From a virus (lineage: Duplodnaviria > Caudoviricetes): a DNA stretch of 37,496 nt. The DNA lies in the IMG/VR virus record IMGVR_UViG_3300044676_000267, positions 1 to 37,496 of that record; one strand, 5' to 3'. Both the position numbers and the translations under genes were made by a program. This document shows positions 27,068 to 36,950 of this stretch, piece after piece (position 1 is the stretch's first letter; every line of letters begins with the position of its first letter). The notes under the pieces are model-generated. The model was given only the letters and a program-made list of their open reading frames with translations, was not told the DNA's origin and did not search any database.

Positions 27068-29551
27068 CTAATCACTGGTAACCAACGTTCCTGTTATACC
27101 AAGAACAGTCATAGGTAACGGCTGTGTTTGTTCTACCGTTATCTGACCTTCTCTGTTCCAACCCAAATTAGTCACTCGTTTATCACCTGAGAATGCAGGT
27201 ATATTCTGCCCTACAGGTGTAGACGATGATCTAAAAGGTATTTGGTCACCGTTTACTGTTACACCGACAGTTTCATATAATCTAACTGCCACTTCATTCC
27301 ATCTTTTTGGTCTGTTTTGTGCAGACCCTGCTGATGCTCCTGCTTCAACACGCATAGTTACCATTTTACTGGTATAACCTAAACCTATCTCAACATTTTG
27401 ATACCCGCTTGCTGATGGTAATGTTACAGTGACTTCACCGTTAGTTACCGTCTGATTTGGGTATACCGCATCACCTACTAAAACTTGTACACTTTCACCC
27501 TCCAAATGGTCTAGGTTTGTTAGTGTTCCAGATGTGCCATTTACTAATCCTGCCAATGTAGAATCCATGTTAAGTAATGGGTCTAAGTATTCAACATACT
27601 GTACTTTTTCGCCATTGATAGTACGTTCAACAACAACCCATACTTCAGTTGTATCACCAACTGGAATTGAAGCAACTGATTTTACTTTAGCGTGATTTTT
27701 AATAATGTGTGTGCCAGACCCTGTGCCAATTTGATGTACAGTACGATCTACGGCTTGTTTGTATGTTCTGGCTAATTCTACAGTGTTTGCGTCTACAGCA
27801 ATGACATAATATGTTTGACCATTAACAAGACCGCTGATGTCATCATTGCCGTTGTTGTCGTAGATAACTGGGTCACCTGTAGTGTATCCATGCGCTGTAA
27901 TAGTAAAATAGCCATTTTGCAGGCTATCACTAGCGTAATCTGTTAATTGTGTAGAAGTGTCAATTTCTTGAATAATGTAACCGCCAAAAATATGACGATG
28001 CCACGCAATAACGTCTTCTTCACGTTTATAAGTCATTCCTAATAGAACGCCATCATCACGCACAGCCCAGTAAATACTTTCTGGTTCTTGAGCGTAAGTA
28101 ACATCTGTAATACCTGTGCCTGTTATATGCTCTGCTAACAAACACATATCAGGTGCAGAATACGCATCATCTTCAAATTGATACGCAAACTCACGAATCT
28201 TTTTACGTTCTTTCTGTACAAATAAAACTACGTTACCAATTTGGATAGGCTCTGTAGTCCATCCACCGTATGTAGTTTGCTGTGTAATTGTAACGTTATC
28301 AGGCTTTAGAGGCTCACCAGTAGGTCTTCCTACCTTAAACTCACCACCTGCAGTACCTACAACCAAATCACGCGCAGGTGCTAACCAACGTATTACGTTT
28401 ACTTTGTTCGCTGCAATTGTGTAGATAAACGCATCTGCAGCGTCACCCGCGCCTGCATCAAAGTCTGTGTACAACCCTGATTGGGATGCCCAGATTGTTT
28501 GGGGGAAATATGTCGAGCCTGCAAATACTAAACGCTGCTCATAAAATGATACTGTACGCGGATAACCTGTGTGTTCTGACCATGCGCCTAATGCCCATTC
28601 TGTTGTGGCAGAAGCAGAGCCAATATCTTTTTTAATTTCCCATGTGACTACGGTAGATGATGTGTAGCCTGTAATTACACCCCAACCATCTTTCATCTTT
28701 ACCAAACGTCCAATATCGTCTGTATGGAAACCTGTTAAGTTTCCAACATCAGGAAATAAACCAGAAGCCGTTAAAGTACGTCCTGTGCCTACGCCTGTGG
28801 CAGATGAAGTAAATGTAAAACTTGAAGTGTTATCGTCTAAAAAAGGGCCGCCTGCAAACGTTTCATCACCAATTGTCCATGATGTATGACCAGTACGCGT
28901 TAATTTTTGTGGCGGCAACGTTTCATGCACGATGTACATGATGTCTGCCGATTGCGTGTACTGAATCTCATAAAGCATACTTTCAGTAATGCTCGTAGAG
29001 ATTTCGTAAATTTTATTAGCATCGCCACCTGATGTGTATGCCGTGTATCCACTGCTGTCAATATTGTTACCGTCTAGGTCTTGCAGTGCAAAAGTATTAG
29101 TTGTTGCTGATGCTACTGTATATCGTTTGCCATTAATTTCAGTCATACCTACTACAGCAGTAATAATGACTTCATCACCATTGCTATATCCGTGACTTGC
29201 AGATGTAACTACTGCAGGATTAGCCTGTGTTATGGCTGTAATAGTTTTATCGTTTTCAGTAATAATACCGTTATCTTTGTAAAAACGAATATATTGGTCA
29301 CCAAACTCTAATATGTAACTTTGCTCAACATTAAATTCAAAAGGTATGAGCCTTATTGTTTTTGTATGGTCTTTTACTGGCCCAACAAATTGTGTGCCGT
29401 ATCTACGCGCTGCACCCCCTTGTGGGAATACAGTCATATTCTCAAGAATTTCTAATCCATTTGAATATTTTTTAAAGTCAATCTGGCCTGCTAACTTGGG
29501 AGTAAGTTCGCCTGCTGTAAAATTTGATTGAAATGGATGTACTCTTGCCAT
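27068..29551 (-). CDS. Tail tubular protein B / nozzle
   Basis: QSNFTAGELTP, GGAARRYGT, YEQRLVFAG, IWASQSG, AWHRH motifs. Confidence 0.9.
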   Translation of the reverse strand: MARVHPFQSNFTAGELTPKLAGQIDFKKYSNGLEILENMTVFPQGGAARRYGTQFVGPVKDHTKTIRLIPFEFNVEQSYILEFGDQYIRFYKDNGIITENDKTITAITQANPAVVTSASHGYSNGDEVIITAVVGMTEINGKRYTVASATTNTFALQDLDGNNIDSSGYTAYTSGGDANKIYEISTSITESMLYEIQYTQSADIMYIVHETLPPQKLTRTGHTSWTIGDETFAGGPFLDDNTSSFTFTSSATGVGTGRTLTASGLFPDVGNLTGFHTDDIGRLVKMKDGWGVITGYTSSTVVTWEIKKDIGSASATTEWALGAWSEHTGYPRTVSFYEQRLVFAGSTYFPQTIWASQSGLYTDFDAGAGDAADAFIYTIAANKVNVIRWLAPARDLVVGTAGGEFKVGRPTGEPLKPDNVTITQQTTYGGWTTEPIQIGNVVLFVQKERKKIREFAYQFEDDAYSAPDMCLLAEHITGTGITDVTYAQEPESIYWAVRDDGVLLGMTYKREEDVIAWHRHIFGGYIIQEIDTSTQLTDYASDSLQNGYFTITAHGYTTGDPVIYDNNGNDDISGLVNGQTYYVIAVDANTVELARTYKQAVDRTVHQIGTGSGTHIIKNHAKVKSVASIPVGDTTEVWVVVERTINGEKVQYVEYLDPLLNMDSTLAGLVNGTSGTLTNLDHLEGESVQVLVGDAVYPNQTVTNGEVTVTLPSASGYQNVEIGLGYTSKMVTMRVEAGASAGSAQNRPKRWNEVAVRLYETVGVTVNGDQIPFRSSSTPVGQNIPAFSGDKRVTNLGWNREGQITVEQTQPLPMTVLGITGTLVTSD

Positions 29552-30129
29552 TATTTTCTAAAGTCCGTAAATGTGTTAGATACAAGGTCATCAATAAATC
29601 CTTCTTGACCATCAACACTACGGGCTTCAGATAGTTTGGCTTGATACATTTTTTCCATCTGCGCCTGTAGTTGTGCGCTTCCTGTTATTGCATACGCTAA
29701 ATCTACAGCCAACTTAGATGTAAGAGTTTCTACAAACATTGCATCAAAAAGCGTTGGGTCAGTGATTCGCGCTATGTACAAAATCTTTGCTGTACTTTCG
29801 TCAGTAACCAAGACCCTGCCATTAGTTGCATCGTTTTCAATTTTAAAGATGTAATCTGCATACTCCATTTCCAACACCCGCAAACAATATGGGTCTGTAG
29901 GAAGTGCATACATGTATGTAAATCCGTATGCAGGAGTGTTAGACAGTTGGGGCAGACTTGCCCTAGTTATTGCAAAATTCCATGGATGAGCGCGTAGTAC
30001 ATGGTCACGCGCTTCTGTAAAAAAGGCATTACATAGACGCGCTCTTTCTGTATCGTCAGTAAGACTTGTAATAGGTTGGTCACCTAATCGTCTTAAAGCA
30101 TTACTACAAATAGATACGTCTGTTGCCAT
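29551..30129 (-). CDS. Tail tubular protein A / adaptor
   Basis: ICSNALRRLG...HPWNFA...YALPTD motifs. Confidence 0.9.
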   Translation of the reverse strand: MATDVSICSNALRRLGDQPITSLTDDTERARLCNAFFTEARDHVLRAHPWNFAITRASLPQLSNTPAYGFTYMYALPTDPYCLRVLEMEYADYIFKIENDATNGRVLVTDESTAKILYIARITDPTLFDAMFVETLTSKLAVDLAYAITGSAQLQAQMEKMYQAKLSEARSVDGQEGFIDDLVSNTFTDFRK

Positions 30130-30145
30130 TCTAATCCCTTTTTAT

Positions 30146-30177
30146 AAAGGCAGGGGGGATTTTACACCCCCCAACCT
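30146..30177 (-). terminator. Hairpin terminator/attenuator after the capsid and decoration genes
   Basis: G6/C6 stem with AGG/CCT extension followed by a short TTTAT on the minus strand. Confidence 0.6.
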
Positions 30178-30184
30178 GTGCTAC

Positions 30185-30649
30185 TTAGTCGGTAACGTAT
30201 TGCATGCTTAGTACGATAGTACCTGTGCCTGCTGCGCCACCCATAGTAACTGTTACTGGCATACCAGTGTAGTCGGCATCAACTTCTAAACCATAGTTTA
30301 GAGCCAATGTCGCTGCACAATCTGCTAGTCCTGCTGAAGCAGAAGATGCTGCCGCTTTAAAAGCCGCTGCACCTGCTGATACTGCTGAACCTGAAGAATC
30401 AGTATGCGCTGCATAGCCTACAGAAAGAGTTGTAGATGAACCTAGTGCATCGTGTGCAATAGTTCCGCCAACAATCCTTGCTCCGTTAGGCAAGTTAAAC
30501 ATTTCAATGACATCGCCTGATGCTAGTGATGACGCTTCATAAGTAGCGTAAGCAATTCGCACCCTTCCTGCCATTTCATTTGTTTTGACTCGATCAGTTG
30601 GGTTGTTTTGACTCCAACTTGTCTTCTGTGCTGAATATACAGTAGCCAT
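30185..30649 (-). CDS. Capsid decoration/cement protein (putative)
   Basis: Directly after MCP; Ala/Ser-rich beta protein with LPNGARI motif. Confidence 0.65.
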   Translation of the reverse strand: MATVYSAQKTSWSQNNPTDRVKTNEMAGRVRIAYATYEASSLASGDVIEMFNLPNGARIVGGTIAHDALGSSTTLSVGYAAHTDSSGSAVSAGAAAFKAAASSASAGLADCAATLALNYGLEVDADYTGMPVTVTMGGAAGTGTIVLSMQYVTD

Positions 30650-30662
30650 AGATCAACCCTCC

Positions 30663-31523
30663 TTATTCTTGGCAAGCAATTTCTACTACTTTTTCGTCTT
30701 CAACTCGCGTTGCTCCGATAGTCATAGATAGAAATACTTGTGTTGCATAATTCTTGTCTGCTCGTTCAGAAATTTTTGTGTTTACATCCTGACCGACAGC
30801 AAGCCCGATACCAGACTTAGCAAAAGCCAATACTGCTCTGTCGCTGTTGCTATCCAATCCAAGCCTTTCAGTTCTGATGAACCTAAAGCCCATGAAAGAA
30901 TCAACTTGACCTGCAACAAGTGCTTTTACTGACGCAAAGTCTGCTGAAGTTACCTGTGTAATTGCAAGCAGATCAGAGATTTGCTTAGAAGTACAAATTA
31001 GGTATCTTTCTTCATCTGGGTCAATATCTGCGCCATCCAAAATCTCTTTAGCAGAGATAAGTTTGTCTACAGATAGTCCAGAAGACGCTACAGCAACTTT
31101 TTGTGTCGATGGTAGAGCAATTGAAGTACCGCCACTAACACCGCCAAAAGCGTTGCCTGTAGCAGCAGCAATAATTGAATCATCCATCGCACGGCCCATT
31201 GCCCATGCGCCTGCCATTGCGTATTCTGATTGAGGTGAGATAAGCATTCTGATCTTATCTTCATTATCAATCAGGTCTGCCCAATCGTAATCGTCCATAG
31301 TGACTTTACGTCTTGAGTGTGGTGTGTCCATTCTTGGGGTGTCAGAGTGGCGTGAAGTACGCTTCTGAGCCGCAACAGAACCGATACGCTCAAAGAAGTG
31401 CGATTTACCTGTAACTGTTTCAGTTCTAACCGCATCCCTTAAACGTGAGCCTTTCTGCTGCGCCAAGTGGAACACATTGCTTTTGTACTGTTCTACAAAA
31501 GCGGTTGTGATTTGCACTGACAT
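30663..31523 (-). CDS. Major capsid protein
   Basis: FVEQYKSNV.HLAQQKGSRLR, AMGRAMDD, GATRVEDEKVV; strong SD AAGGAGG. Confidence 0.9.
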   Translation of the reverse strand: MSVQITTAFVEQYKSNVFHLAQQKGSRLRDAVRTETVTGKSHFFERIGSVAAQKRTSRHSDTPRMDTPHSRRKVTMDDYDWADLIDNEDKIRMLISPQSEYAMAGAWAMGRAMDDSIIAAATGNAFGGVSGGTSIALPSTQKVAVASSGLSVDKLISAKEILDGADIDPDEERYLICTSKQISDLLAITQVTSADFASVKALVAGQVDSFMGFRFIRTERLGLDSNSDRAVLAFAKSGIGLAVGQDVNTKISERADKNYATQVFLSMTIGATRVEDEKVVEIACQE

Positions 31524-31557
31524 AGTGTGCCTCCTTTAGTTTAAGTTTACATTTCAC

Positions 31558-31665
31558 GGTTTTTGTCCTTTGCAGGGAAACCTTACAGTTAACGCACTGT
31601 CGAACGGATTTTAAGGCATCACACCTACAATCAAGGTTGTCCTATTAACGGGCCTTAATATTGTA
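31558..31665 (-). promoter_or_regulatory. Structured 5' leader of the capsid gene
   Basis: Two hairpins sharing a C / ACAA internal loop plus a central hairpin. Confidence 0.55.
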
Positions 31666-31688
31666 ATTCAAATATACCACATAAGTTG

Positions 31689-32510
31689 CTAATTACCATG
31701 CACTTTTTCCATAAGTTGACGCATACGCTCCACAGCCGATTTATGGTCTGGATGGTCTGCTTTAAAATATGGATGATTTGCATTAGCAAAAGTGCTGCTA
31801 ATTTCATCTTGTGCATCTAACCTGTTTGCAGCCAGAGTATTATTTTGCGTATTTTGCGTCATATCCTCTGTTACTTCTGCACCTAGTTTAGAAAACAACT
31901 TAATAACTGCAGGATGGTTACCTGCAGAGGTATTCATTAGTTCCATGATTTCGTCATCACCATATACCTGCAACGCTCTTTGTGCTGCACGAATATTTTT
32001 ACTGTAATCAACACCCCATTCTTTTTTCAAAAAGTCTTCAGTTTCTTCTTTTTGTGTTGCAAGAACAGCAGGTTCATTTTCCAAGTTATGTTGGATTGCG
32101 CCTGCTTGGTAGTTAATCAAAGCATCTACTTGTTTTTGGTTTAGACCAATATCATGTGCAACTTGTTTAAATTGGCTTAGTTCGTTTTCACCAAAATAAG
32201 ATTGCAAGTCTTCTGGTACTTTTGTTTCGTATGCAGATGGGTCATCTGGTCTACCCAGTTTACCGTATAGTTCTTTAAAACCATCCTCATCTTTTGGAAT
32301 CGGAATACGGTTTCCCATTTGCTTTTGTTGATGTACTACAGTCTTTGCTAGACTTTCCACATCCTTAAAATTAGATAAGGTTGGGTCATTTCTTAGATCG
32401 TCAGGTAGTGAAGATTTCCAATCAAGGTTATCGCTCACCCCTTCAGACCCAAGAACAGTAGTGTCTTGAGTTACCTGTTCGGTGGTAACGGCCTCTGCGT
32501 TTTCTGACAT
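31689..32510 (-). CDS. Capsid assembly scaffold protein
   Basis: Position between portal and MCP; LGRPD, LKKEWG, GNHPAVI, HPDHK motifs. Confidence 0.75.
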   Translation of the reverse strand: MSENAEAVTTEQVTQDTTVLGSEGVSDNLDWKSSLPDDLRNDPTLSNFKDVESLAKTVVHQQKQMGNRIPIPKDEDGFKELYGKLGRPDDPSAYETKVPEDLQSYFGENELSQFKQVAHDIGLNQKQVDALINYQAGAIQHNLENEPAVLATQKEETEDFLKKEWGVDYSKNIRAAQRALQVYGDDEIMELMNTSAGNHPAVIKLFSKLGAEVTEDMTQNTQNNTLAANRLDAQDEISSTFANANHPYFKADHPDHKSAVERMRQLMEKVHGN

Positions 32511-32743
32511 TATTTTTCTTTCCTTTCTTTTATCATTGAAATGATGCGTAGAAATAAACTACGCTGCCCTTCCTTGTATGCAGTTGAATACGGGTCACTA
32601 GAAAAACTAATTCTATTACCGTATGCTGCTTCCAAGTCTTTTAGCACTTTCTCACCCGCAGGTGTTGAGAAACACTCTTTGTAGTTTTCTACTAACTCTG
32701 CGTGTTCCTTATGCAATTCTTCAAATTGTTCTGAATCTGCCAT
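32510..32743 (-). CDS. Bbp19-like head protein
   Basis: F.TPAGEKVLKDL...AYKEGQRS motif. Confidence 0.75.
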   Translation of the reverse strand: MADSEQFEELHKEHAELVENYKECFSTPAGEKVLKDLEAAYGNRISFSSDPYSTAYKEGQRSLFLRIISMIKERKEK

Positions 32744-32886
32744 TATGCTTTTCGTGTTCCAATCTTAGGAAAACCTTTTTTCATGTTTTCATAATTTTTT
32801 GCAGAAATAGTAGATTTAGATTTAGGTCTACTAATTCCCTTTTTTTTTCTTTCATTGATGTTGTAATATAGTCCTTTATTTGGCAT
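32743..32886 (-). CDS. 47-aa highly basic protein (absent from ORF track)
   Basis: Translated by hand: MPNKGLYYNINERKKKGISRPKSKSTISAKNYENMKKGFPKIGTRKA; TAATG overlaps at both ends. Confidence 0.8.
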   Translation of the reverse strand: MPNKGLYYNINERKKKGISRPKSKSTISAKNYENMKKGFPKIGTRKA

Positions 32887-34556
32887 TACATTAACTCCTG
32901 TTCGGCTTGTGTTGACGCTTCAGTCATAACGTCTTGTACGTCTGGGTCTGCTACGGCTTTTGCCGCTTCAGCCTGCATCTTACCTGTCTGTGCCTGCTGT
33001 TGTTGCGCCATCATCATTTGTTGTTGCATTGCTGCTTGTTGTTGCGCTTCACGTTTATCTGCAACGTCTTCCCTAGAAACCAAGATAGATTTAGGTACAC
33101 CTAACAATGTTGCACGCATTCTAATTGCTTCATCGTGATTGATGTTATCCATAATAGTAGGGTCAATCTGAGCAACGTTTGCAGCAAGTTGGTATAGTCG
33201 ATCAATTGCTTGCGCTTCTTCCATTCGTTGCGAACGTGCCAATGGCCCTACATATTCAATATCCATCTTGGCCTCTTGGATATTATCAGGTGGAGGGAGC
33301 AACGCACCTGCTCTGAACATGATGCCAAAGACACGTTCTATCAACGGGTTGAGAAATTCACTTTGGAATCTACCCAACGTTGGGCCAAGAAGTCTTTGCA
33401 TTAGTTCATAACGAACCTGCACTTCTGTTGCAGTCATCTGTGGCCCATCCTGCAACTGTAGTTGATCTGAGTAGTATGCTTGGCGAATCGCAGTACGCAA
33501 CTGCGTTTCTTTCATGTCAGTAATTTGCCAGTTAGTGCCAATTTGTAGGGGTTTGATAGCACCATCATTACGAATAACTGTGATGCCTGCAGGTGTAGTT
33601 CTTACTCTGCCAATGACACCATCATCCTGTACCAAAAGTGGGGGGTCAATTGCTTTCGCCCATGCTTTAAGTCCAATCTCTACTGCTTTATTTAGAGTTT
33701 TAATATCAGGCAACGCGTTATAACTTGGTGAACGTCCGTATATTTCACCTGTTGCCTTAGACCATCTAGGTACTAAATATGGAAACTCATTGTATCCACC
33801 AGTACGCACAACCATTTTGTCTTCCTGACAAACATGGCAACTATGATATTTAAGTTTAGTTGCTACTTTGCCTGTTGCACGTTTGTAATCTTCTGATGGT
33901 TCTACACCATGAATAAACACAAACTCTTTTTCAGGTTTATGTTTTGCTGCTTCTAATATTTTTTCACCAAGACGTTCTTCACCAAACTCTTGTACTGCTT
34001 GTCGTGCTGACATTTTGTACTTACGGTATACAGTGTCGATAAATCCATTGTTGTTTTCTTGAATGTAAAATTCGTCAATGTGTAATGTTTTAAAATGTAT
34101 GCCATTGTCTGTAAATCCGTCTTTGTGTTCTTCAACAAACAAACATCCAGTACCAATTGATGTAAGATCAAGGTACATTTCATGTACTTCAGTATTAAAG
34201 TTTGCATCGTTGAATGCGTCATACATTCTACGCGCAGTATCTTCTAGCCACATTTGTACTCTGTGGTCTTCGTTTACAATTTTATCTCGGAGTTTTATTG
34301 AGAACCAAGGCAATGATGGGGAGGTAAGTGTGCCTTGTAGACTTGCTGCTAAAAGAGTGTTTGCAGTGATTGCTGTACTATCAAATAATACTTCAGTTCT
34401 TTTTGTACCTTTGGTTCTTACTGTAGTAACATCAGCCTTACGCGGCATGACATAATCAAGTATTTCTTGCCAATGGTCTTCCCAAGTGCCACGATTAGAC
34501 TCCATTGCACTTAGTCGTTTTTTTACATACTCGTATGGTTCTAGTTTTGTTTCCAT
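32886..34556 (-). CDS. Portal (head-to-tail connector)
   Basis: FDSTA, PRW...GEIYGRSP, MTATEV motifs; Gln-rich C-terminal tail. Confidence 0.93.
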   Translation of the reverse strand: METKLEPYEYVKKRLSAMESNRGTWEDHWQEILDYVMPRKADVTTVRTKGTKRTEVLFDSTAITANTLLAASLQGTLTSPSLPWFSIKLRDKIVNEDHRVQMWLEDTARRMYDAFNDANFNTEVHEMYLDLTSIGTGCLFVEEHKDGFTDNGIHFKTLHIDEFYIQENNNGFIDTVYRKYKMSARQAVQEFGEERLGEKILEAAKHKPEKEFVFIHGVEPSEDYKRATGKVATKLKYHSCHVCQEDKMVVRTGGYNEFPYLVPRWSKATGEIYGRSPSYNALPDIKTLNKAVEIGLKAWAKAIDPPLLVQDDGVIGRVRTTPAGITVIRNDGAIKPLQIGTNWQITDMKETQLRTAIRQAYYSDQLQLQDGPQMTATEVQVRYELMQRLLGPTLGRFQSEFLNPLIERVFGIMFRAGALLPPPDNIQEAKMDIEYVGPLARSQRMEEAQAIDRLYQLAANVAQIDPTIMDNINHDEAIRMRATLLGVPKSILVSREDVADKREAQQQAAMQQQMMMAQQQQAQTGKMQAEAAKAVADPDVQDVMTEASTQAEQELM

Positions 34557-34768
34557 TATGTAATTGTTCCGCCTAACATTGTCTTCTTAGTTTCGGCTTC
34601 TTCATCTACACCCATTCCAGAAGTCAAAATAGTTCCATATTGGCCTTTCTTTCTAGTAGCCAACATTTTTGCTTTTTCCTCTGCAACCGCTGCCTCTTTC
34701 TCTGCTGTACGATCTGTCACTGAAGTATCTACAGGTGGCGGCATTGCAGGTGATGATTTCATACCCAT
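34556..34768 (-). CDS. Small virion-associated protein
   Basis: SD GGAGG; Pro-rich then TILT...KTMLGG C-terminus. Confidence 0.75.
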   Translation of the reverse strand: MGMKSSPAMPPPVDTSVTDRTAEKEAAVAEEKAKMLATRKKGQYGTILTSGMGVDEEAETKKTMLGGTIT

Positions 34769-35193
34769 CTGCATTCCTCCTTTAACATTCCGTAAAGAGC
34801 AGCATCAATATACTTACCCTTTACCTTCATAGTTTTACGAACAACACCTTCCTTGACAAAGCCTACGCCTGCAAGTAATCTTTCGTTTCTTTCGTATCCA
34901 TTAACACACATTGCTGTCATTCTACTACATTTACACTGATTAAAAGCATAATCAAACATCAATTTAATATTTCTTCGTTGACAGACCCTTGGGTCATCTA
35001 ATGCCAAATGAACGAAAATATTGTGACCATCGTAATCAGAAAACAACAAACATCCCAAAATTTCGTCTGTTTCGCCTTCAACAAATACAACAAAACGATC
35101 AGATTCCTCCATATCGCGTAAGATATGCGCTCTTGGCGCAATATAATCGTATGCACGTTCTCGTATTTCTGCGTCAACGCGCACTTCGATCAT
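34759..35193 (-). CDS. GNAT-fold (RimJ-like) acetyltransferase-like protein
   Basis: FDYAFNQ...RMTA...NERLLAGVGFVKEGVVR...YGML pattern. Confidence 0.8.
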   Translation of the reverse strand: MIEVRVDAEIRERAYDYIAPRAHILRDMEESDRFVVFVEGETDEILGCLLFSDYDGHNIFVHLALDDPRVCQRRNIKLMFDYAFNQCKCSRMTAMCVNGYERNERLLAGVGFVKEGVVRKTMKVKGKYIDAALYGMLKEECRWV

Positions 35194-35510
35194 TATGCAG
35201 CACCGTAATTAGTTTTCCTTTTACGTTTTCCGCCTGTTGATGCTCCACCTAAAACAGTTTTAGCAACGTTTGCTTCTTCTTCAACGCCACTTGCACCTGT
35301 CATCATAGTGCTACCACCATATCCTGCGCCTAGTGTTGCTCCTGCGTCTGCTAGTGCTGCTGCTTTAGCAGTTTGCGCTTGTGCTGCTTCTGCTGCCTTT
35401 TTAGTTGCTGCAGGTGCTGCTGCTTGCGCTACTGGCGCAGGTGCAGGAGCAGGTGCTTTCTTAGGTGCAAGACCAACGGCTTTTGCAATAGTTCTTACTA
35501 CTCCGCCCAT
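35193..35510 (-). CDS. Ala/Pro/Lys-rich small virion-associated protein
   Basis: MGG start; TMMT...KTVLGG motif shared with 34556-34768. Confidence 0.75.
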   Translation of the reverse strand: MGGVVRTIAKAVGLAPKKAPAPAPAPVAQAAAPAATKKAAEAAQAQTAKAAALADAGATLGAGYGGSTMMTGASGVEEEANVAKTVLGGASTGGKRKRKTNYGAA

Positions 35511-35528
35511 GTTTAGTCCTTTCCTTTG

Positions 35529-36950
35529 TTATGCAAACACATTAAAATTACTATCTGAATATATTTGCGTTGGTTCATAATTTTTAACCCTAGCCTTTCT
35601 GACAGACATAACGGCATAACGTGCAGCCGAAATAACATCATCATGCTTAAATACGATTTTACCGTCTTTACGATGGTACATTCGTAATTCTTCTAACAAC
35701 TTACTTTGATTATTAAAAATTTTCAATCTATTAGTCATAAATCTCGTATACATCTCTTGAATGCCTGCCTCAACAGATATTCCTCCAGAATTTTCTTTTT
35801 GACCTTGTTGGGGCGGGTTTGTGAAGTGTTCACGCGTCATGTTTACACCTTCATTACGATATTGCTCTGTCAAACTTTTTCCAGAACCTTTATCTGCTTG
35901 CCTACCATCCATAGGCCATATTACTGGTATCCAGTTACCACGCCCTTTAATAGCAGACGCATGTATTGGCACTGCTTCTTGTGACATTGCATAAGTATCA
36001 TAGATGTAAATTACGTCTGAATCTCTATCCCACGCTGCCCATGCAGCAGCAGTCGGGTGATCCCATCCAAAATCAAGACCACAGATTCTAGGCCAAAACT
36101 CTGGTATCTCAATTGGGTCACAAACCATGTCTGCTTCAGCAATAGGAAACACCAAACCTGAACCTAGTTGCGGGATACCTTGTTCACGCATTTTACGTTC
36201 ATGTGGGGGTAGCGCAGCCAATATTTGTTGACGCACCTCGGCAGTCATGTGTGGTGCATCATCCCACCCTGCCTGTATGAGAGCCTGCCCATCCCTTAGA
36301 TCGTTGACAAACTGCGCTACAGTTTCAGTCATACCGCTTTCTGGTGTAAATGTCATGTAGACAATACCGCCTTTGTCAGCAGTACGCGTCAATGATTGTG
36401 TGTATATTGATGATGGCGGTTCTTCGTCTAGCCAAATAACATCTAACGATTCACCCATCCATTTTTCTTTGCCCATTTCATAGGCTTTGAACGCTAATCG
36501 TGACCATCCGCCTGTCACATGTTTAATGACAAGACTATTCATAGCATTAGGCACGCCTGCTTTTCTTACCGTTTCACCAATTAACTTTAGTGGTATAGAC
36601 CCAGTACCTTTTGCCGTAGGGTCATCAGGTTGCCCCACCAGTTCTTTTTGGCAAATGTCACGCGTAGTTTCGTTAGACGCACCACCTGCCCATGCTCTGA
36701 TAGGTCTAGTAAATTTTCTGCCTTCCCACCAATCAGGATATAACCCTGTTAAATGATATGCTAGTTCCATAGCCCCGCAAAATGACTTACCGATACGGTT
36801 ACCCGCCATTAGCAGCCTTTGTTGCGCTACAGTGTTGTGAAATTTAGTTTGATAATCGTAGGGGGTATAGTTAGCCATCAGATTTGTGGCTTTTCTGTGT
36901 TCTAATTCTTTGGCAATCTCTAATGCCCTTGCTAATGCGTCATTGCTCAT
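35529..36950 (-). CDS. terL: Terminase large subunit (P22 gp2-like)
   Basis: AGNRIGKS Walker A, WLDEE Walker B, TFTP, GLDFGWDHP nuclease, DDVISA. Confidence 0.95.
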   Translation of the reverse strand: MSNDALARALEIAKELEHRKATNLMANYTPYDYQTKFHNTVAQQRLLMAGNRIGKSFCGAMELAYHLTGLYPDWWEGRKFTRPIRAWAGGASNETTRDICQKELVGQPDDPTAKGTGSIPLKLIGETVRKAGVPNAMNSLVIKHVTGGWSRLAFKAYEMGKEKWMGESLDVIWLDEEPPSSIYTQSLTRTADKGGIVYMTFTPESGMTETVAQFVNDLRDGQALIQAGWDDAPHMTAEVRQQILAALPPHERKMREQGIPQLGSGLVFPIAEADMVCDPIEIPEFWPRICGLDFGWDHPTAAAWAAWDRDSDVIYIYDTYAMSQEAVPIHASAIKGRGNWIPVIWPMDGRQADKGSGKSLTEQYRNEGVNMTREHFTNPPQQGQKENSGGISVEAGIQEMYTRFMTNRLKIFNNQSKLLEELRMYHRKDGKIVFKHDDVISAARYAVMSVRKARVKNYEPTQIYSDSNFNVFA

